Part shown: positions 52,359 to 64,000 of the stretch, in pieces
How the letters are laid out: each line of letters opens with the position of its first letter
How positions within the stretch are numbered: the stretch's first letter is position 1
Assembly: GCF_026210795.1 (NCBI RefSeq)
Contig: NC_089429.1
Span: forward strand, 6,510,001-6,574,000
Direction of reading: 5' to 3'
Source of the DNA: Rhizophagus irregularis
Taxonomy: Eukaryota
Length of the DNA stretch: 64,000 nt
Notes under the pieces: generated by a model
The model's input: only the letters and a program-made list of their open reading frames with translations
Told to the model about the DNA's origin: nothing
Database searches by the model: none
Program-made: the position numbers and the translations under genes

Positions 52359-55229
52359 AGATTAATAATATCTCATAATTTTTAAAATGCTAGAAACACT
52401 ATATGTTCAACTTTTTGCAGGGATAACGACAGAGCTGATTTGCTGACTGTATAAACAGAATGACGTTAACATTAACATAAACGTTAACAAGTTTCTTTTT
52501 TAGTCAACCCTCCCCATAAAGTAATTATTTAGTAAAAAAAATTTTTATCCAAAATGTATGATTTGTTAACAATAGGTACTTGCTTTAAATGTATTGAATA
52601 ACATACATTTGTCCATTCATAACCACATCTGATATGATGCATTCCGTTTGTAAAAGATGTTTCCCAAGGAAGCTTTTTTATAATAATGTGAATTTCACGC
52701 AAAAGATGATTTACAAATTAACACAATTAGAAATAAATGACTGCGGAATATATCTGCATATTTTTTTTCTTGATGTTTGATATCCTATCCTTTAATAATC
52801 TCACCATGCTGACTAGAGTTAAAAACATGAAAGGATTCAAAAACTTCACACTATTGACGTAAAGAAGGCTATTGGACGACCATCAAGAAATGATCAACGC
52901 AAAAACCAGAGGATTGTACACGACCAATCCGAAACAATTAAATTACTTCAAGTTTATTAATTAATTAATTATAAAAAAAAAATTTATACCAGTGAACTGA
53001 TATTTTTGATAATGAAAATATTAATTACATTATAATCAAAATAAATAATTATTCATCTAATTTTCTACGTTTATACGTTTAACAGTTACATTTTTAAATT
53101 TTACATTATTTAAGCACACTTTTACCCTTCATCAATTCCAAATAAAGATAAAGTGTCATCTTTTCTCTTCGGATAAGCCAATTCCAGACAACTGTTGGGT
53201 ACGGCCATCCAGCAGAATCACATTCTCGACCAGCAACAGGAAGATCATCAGATCAAACCTGATCTCTTGTATCAAACTCCACACTTTCAATTTTATTATA
53301 TCAGATAATAATATATCAATTTGAATTTTTTTCTACATCAAGTGATTGGAATATTTAGAGATCAGTCTTAGTGGAATAGTTTGATAACATCTCCTAGATC
53401 ATATAAGATTTAAATTACAAATATATACAATAATTTCCCTAATGTGGAAAAGTAACTTTGGTTTTGGCGAAGTTCTTAAACTGCACTACAAATTTTATTT
53501 CTATATTCACCAATTAAACCAACTCTACTGTCTCCTGCCATAATACTGCTTTTTCCATCTTGTTGAATGAGTAAATTATATCATCACAGTAACCTTTGTA
53601 TACAGTTGCCAAAACTTAATCTCATAGTATTATCTAGTAACAAGTTTAGTCACAGCATGAAATTCTCATGATATCTGTTTAAAACAGTTTCTTTTTTTGT
53701 AAAAACAGAGAGTATGATACATAGTCTCTGCTTTTTTCACACAAATATATCTGGAAACATGGAATGTATCTATGAAATACCAATGTAATATGTACTTGCC
53801 AATACAACATATCCAACAACTCAACAAAATACATTCACTTTACTTGTTACATCATCATATCGCGAAATACTTTTTTTATGAAAGGATTATCTATACATTT
53901 TTTTTTGTATTAGAAAAAATCAAAAATTTTTTAGGTCAAAATATTCAAAATATCCTCAAAAGTCAGAAATATCTTATTATCCATATTTATAAGACAATTT
54001 CCTTTTTTATAAGGAATTAAGGATCATGTTAATATTTATTCTGAATTATTGTCCAAATACTTGGTTGAATTTCACGATGGAATTGTTACATATCAATTGT
54101 TTATGACACCCCTTAAATATTCTTTTATTAACTAAATTTTCATTTCATTTATTAATTTATTCGTTTAATAATCAGCATAAAATAATAGCTACAAATTATG
54201 ATCATTTTATGTCATGGCCAAAAAATACGTGTGTTACTGTTAAAAAGCTAACAACAGTAGACAATAACGTACAGTTCATGACGGAACGATAATTAAAGAA
54301 TATATTAAAAATATGGAGGTTACTTTGGGAAGATACTTAGGATAAACAAAGTGAGATATATATTATTTTATTTCAATAACGAGAATGATATGATGAACGC
54401 AATAATGCCGCCGTTAATATCCCCTCAGAGGACGAACAATTTTACGAGGCAACGGATAGTCTAGAGGATCAGAGGGGTTCAGATAATAACAAGTTTGAAG
54501 ACTTTAATAATTTGAATAAAGTATTTAGTAATAGAATTAAAGAGGTTAATAGGAATCAAGACGAATTGACAGACAAAAGTAAAGTAAGGGAGCCAGATGA
54601 TACGAAAATTTTACGTATTATCAATGCACATGGTGCCTGAAAAGATAGTGATAGCGATGTCGAATAATTATAACAATGGAGTAATTTGTTTTGTTATATA
54701 AAATAGTTACAAAATATTAGGTTTTATTTAGCATAGTTTCAAATTTGTATGATTTTATAATAGATAGATACTTTATTGATACTGTATGTATTTTTACGTC
54801 TATGTTATTAGCGATTTCAGCAATACTAATAAAAGGAAAAAAAAATTGGTTGTCATCGAAAATCTGACCACGTGATATTATAAATTCTTTGAAAAGAATA
54901 CTTAGTAATTCCTTATCTTATTAATCTGAAATCCTTTATAAATTAAATATCGCCTTTGCATTTTTATGAGTAATATCTAAGAATCATTTTATTTTTTGAA
55001 AGGTCTGAAAAAATCCTAAGGCTGATTATTAATTCCGGTTTTTTTGTTTACAATGTATCACTGTCAAAAAAGTATAAATACCATGGGCAAAAAACTTAAT
55101 AAATTCATTCTCTTCTCCAACAGAACAATTATTTCAACATTCAAGAAGAAAATTTTATTTTATCAATATTATATTTATCAAAGAAAAGAATTCTTTAATA
55201 GTTCATTAAAATAAAACTTAAGAATTGTC

Positions 55230-55864
55230 TTAGTCCTTCTAAAGAACGTAGTATTCAAATCATGAGTGGTTAGAAAACTCATCATACATTTTCATTCGCT
55301 GATTATTATGATCCAAATTATAAAGGTTTTGGCGCATTACGTGTAATCAATGAAGATATGATAATGGTTTTGGAACACATCCACGCCGTGAATTTGAAAT
55401 TTTCTCATATATTATATCCGGTGAATTGCAACATAAAGATTGTGAGTATTACGTGTGATTACATGCATATTTTTTTTTTAATAAAATAAAGAATGTACAC
55501 AGTATTTATTAAAAATTTTTTTATCCTTAATAGCAATGGGAAATGTAGAAATTCTTAAACGCGGTGATGTTAATTCACAACACATCTTCGAAGACGATTG
55601 GAATTCATACAGATTTTCATATGTTTGCCAGTATATTGCAACCTGAAAATAAAGTCGCACATACATCTTTAAGTGGTGAAGATAAAACTAGAAGGTTATA
55701 TGTTTCATTTAACTAGTACAGGTGGTCAATTGAAAATTAATGATGGCATTATATTAAAGCCAGGTGATGGCGCTTTCATTACTGAAGTCGTTAATGGTGA
55801 AGAATTTATTTTTGAATCTGTCGGTAAAGAAGCTGTAGAATTTGTTCTTTTTGACTTAGCTTAA
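55230..55864 (+). pseudogene. Pirin (YhhW-like cupin) pseudogene
   Basis: HHTFSFADYYDPNYKGFGALRVINED, GFGTHPRREFEIFSYIISGELQHKD, intron, MGNVEILKRGDV, and C-terminal LKPGDGAFI..AVEFVLFDLA*. Frameshifts and a central deletion. Confidence 0.85.
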
Positions 55865-58800
55865 ATGTAATCTCTCATTTAGAGGTTTTATGTAAAATGT
55901 TACAAATATAGCAAATAATTATTTATTTAGAGGATTAACTTAAGGTTATAATTTAATTTTAATTTTTTTTTATTTATTATTTCTATATGTTTATTTTAAT
56001 ATAATAAAATATACAATAATTATAAATGAAAAAAATGATATGGCATGGCGTGTATGGCGTGGCGTGTTAAATAAAAAAAAAAAAATATCAAATATCCTGA
56101 AATTAAATATGCACTCTAATAAAACTTAGTATCTGCTCCCATATTTAGGCAACCACCTTTGATAATTCTTCCCTGTAGGTGTATACGGTAAAGAATGAAC
56201 GTAACTAGTTTCGACGAATTCATTTGCCTTTAATACTACTATTTCATTCGTTTTCGATTTCTACTGTCCTGTTGCTTTTGTTGCTCTTTAAATTTGTTCT
56301 GTCAATTTTTCCTAAACGTGATGCAAATATAATTATTGGTTCATTAATATCAATAATATGAATTGTTTCTAATTTAAAATTTTTTGTCCAATTGTCTCCA
56401 TTTTTTCATATAAAAAGATTAAGTATATCTGATATACTAACCATCACGAGCGATCCCAAAAATATATCCCTATTTCTTTTCTTTAAACAATCAAGGGAAT
56501 TTTAGTACCTCTTAACTTCTCTTTTGAAATACACGCCATTAAAAAATTAACAATAAAAATCAATTTATTAATAAATAATAAATAACTTAATACATAATTA
56601 GATTATCGCTCTTTTTAATCTTTTTTCATTTTAGTCTTCAGTTAATTTATATATTTTTCATTATTATATAAATTGTTCCATCCTATTACGGCGATGACAG
56701 AAAATTATTCATCGCACCGCTTAGAAAATCTTTTTTAATTATTCTAAATCTCCACGCGGTACGTGAAGACCCATTACTACTTCTTTTCCTCTTTTCAGGA
56801 AACTCATATGAAAGTATTTCATCTATGATGTAATAAGGAATGAGAAAGCAGTTTGATATTGAAAATGATATCGTAAAAGTTATAATTTCGAAATAATACC
56901 TGATCTCAAATTAGATGAATTAATTGCGTAAATTGCTTTTGATGTCCCGGTCAGATTCTTTTAAAATATCTTACATAAAATTAATAAAGTTAAATATTAA
57001 TAAAACTTTAAATGACATTATCAAGTAACTTATCAGATTAGCGGGAATCAAGGAAATTTATTTGTACGGTTTGCATTGCCAAAATCACATACCTTTATCT
57101 TAATTGAAATTAATGCTTATTAATACTATCAAGTTTTTTAAATAATACCTGGTAATTTGAAAAAAAATAAATCTATTGATCCCTCTCCCTAGCTGCCACC
57201 TATCTTTTCTAGTTACCAATACCTCTTCCATTTTTTTAACAAAGTGTTATAAATTTCTTCTTGTAAAAAGAATTGATTAATTTACTATTATATCCCCAAG
57301 GGTTCTTCCATAAAATTGGACCGCCTATAACTATAATACTAGCATGATATTAAAATAAACTATTTGTTAAATGAAATATATGACGCGTGATCTGAATTGT
57401 CGCGTATATTATATTTAATAAAAATTTCTCTACTTCCATATAATCGAAATAGTTAATCCCTCTACGTTCTTCGTACTTTGACGGTACTATAATTACATAA
57501 GATTAATAAATTTTATAATTTAAAATACAAAAAGTAGTTTAATAAAAAAAAAATACCTTGAGGTAAGAATTGTGATACTATAAATATTATTAAACGTCAT
57601 ATACTTCTTTTATTGTCTAATTTATAATTTAACAAGATATTAATAAATAATATTAATAAATATCATTATCATAAAGACGATTAAATACTTACTTTCTTTT
57701 AATTTAGTCAGAAATTTCCTTATAAAATCAGAGATCTAAAATATACAGCAAATTGCGTCATATTCTGACGGTAAACCTCGCCCTCAAATATAGAATTAAT
57801 ATTTGAGGATGAGGTTTATCGCAAACAACGTAGAACGGGATTTCTTGTATATTTTAGATGATTCTATTTTAAAAATTAGGTAATTCCGATAGACTATTAA
57901 TAGTAATTTCGGTTTAACTAGTTCTTTTAAATGAACGAATTTGAAAGTGGAATATTAGTAATATATTCGTGCGTATAAATTATTTATAAGAAAAGAATCA
58001 TACCAGTAGCATACCTTTTGAATAATAAGAGGCATAAACCATAAATATATTCGTTTTTAATGTTAAAATATTAGCGAAAAGAGTGTTTGTAAAATGAGAA
58101 ACATAATTTTTTTTTTATTTTACATTATTTTTCTTTTTTTTTTGATACGATTATTTTTTTAGTCCGGAGCGAAGTGAAAAAGAGTATATATATTTGCAAA
58201 TAGTGATCATGCAACTCAAAAATTTTTTTTAAAAAAAAGAGAGAAAGACGTTATATTTCATGAAAGAAATTTCTAAAAAAAAAATTACTGATTTACACAT
58301 GAAATCATTTAAGTACCGATTGGCTATTTCACAACTAGTATGATCGCTTACTGAAATAATTAATGAACTTTTAAAAATAGATCGATTCCTAATTTGACAT
58401 TATTACAGGGCAAAAGACAATAAAATAGACGAAACAATGACACATAATAAGGTATCTATATGATTTTAAATCACATACATCATTCAATCATGGCTGACTT
58501 GATCGATCAAATTATTAATCTAATTTTAAATCGAATGCCAAAATTTTGTAATCGATAATTGAACAACTCGATCAATGAGTAATTATACTTGATTCGATCA
58601 AAACCTTAACTTTAAATGCATTATTAATACGCTTATCAGGTTTTGAACTCGCTTTATTTACTCCTAATTACAGCATAATACATTGATGACAATAAAGAAA
58701 TTCTTACTACACACTACCATCATGCGATATTCTCAACTTCTTTAACAATATATTTATTTCAATGAACTACAATAAGTATCTAATTTAAGTAAGTATCTAA

Positions 58801-61246
58801 TTTAAAACATTATATAAGAAATTCAACGTGTCTTAACGAATCTTAAAAGGCATCACTGAGATTATCTTAGTATCGTATGTAAGACTGAAATAGTTTGATG
58901 TTTTTACATAGCAAAATGTACTCAAAATTATTACAAATACAAAATGAAATGAAACCATTGAAAATTATGAAGTAATTCTTTTTTAATGTATTAAGATGCG
59001 TAAATATTAAATATATATAATAAATCAAGAGAGTGAAAAAAAATAACTATCTGCTATGTCAATGAAACTAACTATATAATAATTAAACTAAAACTACAGC
59101 CCCCATCATCAGGATCGTTCCTCAAGCTTCCAAAGGAAAATGAGGGAACAGCGCGTCTTTAGGTAACCATGATTATTACAATTCGTCACCTACAAAGACA
59201 AAAATTGACCTTCTTCTTTTGGTCAATAACAACAACATCATCTCCGCTAAAAAATCGTCATTGCTTTTGAAAGATCCTTGATTTGAATTCTTGCAATGTA
59301 ACTTATCGTCCGATTCTTCTTGCTAACAGCAATAGCGCCTCCAGGCCTGCGTTTCTTTTGAAGATGGCTTTCCAAAGAGTACCGTAATTCGTTCTCCAGT
59401 AGAGAGCATTTGTTGAATCTATCGAACTGTGATGTTTTGACACAATTTATTGATAATTTTGAATCCAAAGATCTACTTTCTCATTGACCCAGAAAAATTC
59501 CATAAGCAAGGGAAGTATTAAAGGTTGAAAATTTCTTTGTTTTTAATAACGATCCCATTTTGATTATCTCCTTAAATTATTACATAATTAGGATAATTAC
59601 GTAATTGTTAAAGAAGAGATGTACTATTTAGATTGAAGCACAGAATAAACTTCTGGATTGAAAAGAAACCATCAAACAATTAGAAAAAATACATCTAAAT
59701 CCGTTTTTTAAACCGAAAAAGAAACATTTACCTTAAAATTATAGCTCAAACAAAAAAATTGAAAGATGAAAGAAAGTCATCTCAACAAAAATGTCTCATA
59801 CAGATCTGTTAATATATTCTGATATGATCTATTCAGATGTCTATTGATCGTAAAAATTTCCAAGATAAATAGCAATAAATAGAATCAAATAATTGATAAT
59901 TTTAATGAGTCCGTAGTGTAAGGAAGTGGAGAAACGATAAAACTGATATTTTCGTTCATCTGAATGGGGAAGTCAAGAATATTTCTTTATTTTTGGAGGG
60001 GGGATAGAAGTAACATTTCTTCTCGTAATTTTGAATCCATTTAGTTTGAACAAACCGCTCCCACAATTTACTTGCCTTGTTAACATCTATTCTAAGGAGT
60101 TTTTGTGCATCACTCTTACGAAATGTAATGATTTTTTCATAGCCGTTCTGGCAGAAGAAATTAGTATGTAATTGGCTAGCTCTTCCCTTCTCAGATCGTA
60201 ATGGTTGGTTAGAAATGAATCAAAACTGTGCTTGAGAAATATAAAAGAATACGTTATTATTCTATGTTATGAAACTAAGTACGCTTCAAAGAAAAAGAGA
60301 TTGAAGTTTTTCTTTTAACCCGTTAAAAAAATAAAATTACCTGAAACTTTCAAATATATCCTTCCCAATATCACGATATCTATTAGCAATTTCCTTTTTC
60401 AATACCATTAGGAATGATTTACAATATTTTTTCTTGAAAATTTCACAAATTCTTTATTCGATAGTTGGTTTTTCATTTAAATTTTTTTTTCACTATGCTA
60501 GTAGATTGTGAACTGACGTGACACAAATTTCTAAGCCACGCAGATCACAATTTTTTATTATATTGCGCTTTCAGATCATCATCTTTAGAAATGATGATGT
60601 AAAACGTTTTTTTTTTTAAGAGACAATGAAATAAAATTTTAAGGTAGCATATTGTACTATATATTTATGTGCTATTATACAAAGTTTTTTATTATAATAT
60701 ACTAATGATCAAAATTTTGTTTTTAAAAATAAAGTAGCGATCCGTTACCCGTTTACCCGGATTATGGGGGTAAAAATGGTTGATACAGGTATTGGTAAAT
60801 AATATGATAGTTTGATAGGTTTCATTAGGTTCGTTATAAGGGGATCGATCATTTATATGTTGGCAATAATTAGCCATCGGATGATAACATGTGTCCAAGC
60901 TAACTGAATACCATTACAATAGTTTGATATCTGCAAATTTCCTTGTGGATCTTTAGACAATGCGATAACTTTTATATGATATAAAGTTGTTCCAATAATA
61001 AATATACAATAAAACAAAAGAAAAATAATAAATTGAGAAATAAAGATAAATTACTTCTACGACTAATGGAAAGTTAAACAAAAAAAGATAAAAAAATCGA
61101 TTGCCGAAAAGTTTCAAACATTCTACCTCTATGCAAACAATCGATAAAGTTGATGAATTAGAGATTCTATTATGGTAGATTGCGCCTCTATGTAATAATG
61201 GAATTAATCCATCGTCAAATTGATTTGATATTTCAGATAGGTATTA

Positions 61247-61822
61247 AGTAAAGTAGTACTGTACGGTAATACAAATTCGGACGGACGTTAATCCTTTTTG
61301 TTCGTACGTACGTACGTTTCTAACGGATAAATTATTTTATACTAGTACGTACGAATGCTTTAAAAATTTTCGTACGACTTTGAATTTTCGTACATGTTTT
61401 TTAATAAAATACTCTATTCTTTAATAATATTCAGCTCTATATAATAAAATTGACTCATAAAGTCATAATAATTATATAAACCTGTTCAAATTCAGGATTT
61501 ACCAATTCAATTGGAAAGTCTTCAACATCGGATATATTATCAATATTCATATTTACATTTATTTTTCTTCTTCGAAGCAGTAAAGATTAAAAAGAGGTAT
61601 TTATGACAAATATAAAATAAACAAAACGTTGAATCATTACATTACAAATATATAATTGTAACATTTTCATTCTCGAAAGTTGTATCACATGATGCTACGA
61701 TGTAAGATTATTAGTACGGAAAATCAAAATTTATTTTTAATAGTCCGTCTGAGTACGGAAAAATTTAAAAATTTTTTCGAACGCCTGTCCAAATTTGTAG
61801 TACCGAACAGTACTATTTTACT
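61247..61822. mobile_element. Non-autonomous TIR element (~575 bp)
   Basis: Left AGTAAAGTAGTACTGTACGGTAATACAAATTCGGACGGACGTT matches the reverse complement of the right end, AGTAAAATAGTACTGTTCGGTACTACAAATTTGGACAGGCGTT (43 bp, 6 mismatches). Internal CGTAC/GTACG subterminal repeats. Confidence 0.8.
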
Positions 61823-63829
61823 ATATATTCGTTCGGGATCACAAATTGCAACAAGTCTAAGCCAGAAGGCTTTGATGATCTAAGTAATTGAACTTAATGG
61901 ATGAATTCATGATTTAATATTATCAAATGTCAATGGGAATAAGCCTTATATAAGCCTTACTGTGGCTGTCAGTCCAAATCAGAAATTTATGCAATAAATT
62001 CAAATTGGAAAATTTGTAGTTACCTTCACAGCCTACCAAGATGAATATTTCCCCAAAAAATAAATTAAAGAGCATAAACAAAATTGCATGTAATATTTCT
62101 TATCAAATCAAGTGATATTTGTGAACAAATATTATTTTATTAGTTTATAAACAACTATATGCTATCCTTAAAAATACAACTATAAGGCAGTAATAAGTTT
62201 ATTTGCAATATTCAAAAAAAGAACTTACCCTTACCTCTCAAGTAAAGAACATACAATTTGATTCAAATGTTTTACAATATTTAAAATACAACTTTTTACA
62301 TTTTAAATTGTTATTCACATTATGAATAGAAAATCAATGTTGGAATTAAAAGCACTTGTATACTTATGTTTTTACCTTCTTTATTTCAAGTTTTATTGGC
62401 CTTTTATCCTAAACATTTTGAATGAATAATCCTAAAAAAAAAGCTTTATTAGCATGGATTGTAAAAAGTTGGACTACTGAAGATTTGATTTAATTTCTAG
62501 AAAAACAAAATTTGTCTATCAATGATGATGGCATTAAAATATAAGAGTTAAGATTTCAGGTGTAAGTTTTTTATATTTCGAAAACTGACTTAATTGATTG
62601 TGGATTACATCAAGGCCTTTTAAAGATCAAAATCTTAGAAATTCCTTAAAAATAATATTCTCTTTCCTCACAACCAGCAGTCTTTCTGCAGATTTTTATT
62701 TGTCAAACTTCCTCTCCTTCTTCCAAAGATGCCGAAAAAAAATGATCACAAGATTTTCTCAAAGCACTTTATATTTTAAGAGACAACCCTATTGTATTTG
62801 CTGAAACCATGGTTATAAATCTGCTTTAGCAATAAGCCATTTCTGAATAATTACAGGAAGAAATTTGTATTTTGTGCATACCAGTTGAACAAAAATACCA
62901 TCATATATCTATAATGTAATATATATAGTTCATGGATTAATTAAAATAAGTCAAAATATTTGACTGAAATCTAAATAGTAACACATCAATTTGGTGTTCA
63001 TAAAGAAAAATGTACATAGACAACTAATTTCTTTTATATACAGAAAAAAAGAAAGAAAATATAAGAGAATATTACAAAAATTCTAAAAATTCTAAAAAAA
63101 TTTCAATACATTAAAGTTGCAAAATCACTAATTACACCATTTGCAAAATAAAGTCTAATGAATAAATATTCTTCAAAAAAGAAGCAGAACCCAAAAAAAA
63201 ATAAAGTATTGGAATTGTTATTAGAAAAAAAAGGTTCAACATTAAAAAATATTATTTTACAACCAACACTCAAATGTGTTTCACCTATATTTATTCAGTC
63301 TTAAGAGAATATATTCGAAATTACAAACGTGGTGCAAGTATTTTATTTATTACATGATATTGTATTACATTTCCATGTCAACTTATTTGTATATGGTCCA
63401 GGCCATTAAGTATAATAATTTAGTAAATAATATAGTTATTAGGACTCTAAAGAAAGATTGTAAGATTGTAACATAAATGAAATAAAGTTATTTTAATTAA
63501 ACTGTATCATTATTATATTACGTTTATTTAACTTTGTAATGTACTGTACGATCAGCTAGACTGTACTGTGCGATTGAATTTAAAAAAGTTCAAAGTTCAT
63601 ACAGTATAGTACAGTACAGCTTAAAATGATCACGTAATTTAAATTTTTAACTTAAAAATTTTTTCACACTATAATTAAATATATTAAATAATACCACGCC
63701 GGTTTAAAAGACTCGAAGATAATTATATCCTCAGCAATCGCCGTCGTTTAATCCACCCAATTAGCCAGGATGAAAATCGTAAAGATTTCACAAATAAAGC
63801 GCCGAAAATAATACCAAACAAGATTTCTA

Positions 63830-64000
63830 AATCTTTAGCAGTGGCCTGCCCATTGGAATAATACTATCAAAAACATCATTATGGGTAAAACCTTATCCCA
63901 AGACTCAATTGATTCACCTTCTATTGCTTACTTGGAACATTATGTGAAAGTTAATATACCTCAACCCACATGGGACACGTCTCATAGACAAAACTTAATA
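63830..64000 (+). mobile_element. Probable non-LTR retrotransposon ORF2 fragment running off the window
   Basis: WPAHWNNTIKNIIMGKTL..IAYLEHYV resembles the W....IIFGRI..EH segment seen at 14850-15000. Confidence 0.45.

Noticed and set aside
52560..54020. hAT-like transposase remnant
   Set aside because: No diagnostic motif could be read with confidence.
56100..60300. Decayed minus-strand multi-exon genes
   Set aside because: Exon-like patches with many stops and no identifiable domain.

Overview
Very AT-rich eukaryotic nuclear DNA with short GT-AG introns. The gene and transposon families resemble an arbuscular mycorrhizal fungus (Glomeromycota, Rhizophagus-like); this is an inference from recalled family motifs, not a database result. 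The window is mostly decayed transposons and pseudogenes, with only two long open coding sequences: a divergent Hsp70 whose key ATPase residues are substituted (45079-46915, minus) and a BTB/POZ protein (50367-51353, minus). The most striking structure is a nest at ~12.76-17.9 kb: an Argonaute pseudogene is split by an RNase H-bearing non-LTR retrotransposon, which is split by a mitochondrial cox1 insertion (NUMT) that still carries a group I intron with a LAGLIDADG remnant. A second Argonaute remnant lies at ~4.2-5.0 kb. Also present are a tandem micro-exon/intron array, a Tc1/IS630 transposase split by a TIR-less insertion with a 9-bp duplication, MULE-like and unclassified transposase remnants, a Helitron-like fragment, two TIR elements, several tandem repeats, and F-box-like and pirin pseudogenes. 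All assignments come from manual translation and motif recognition, and boundaries of decayed features are approximate.
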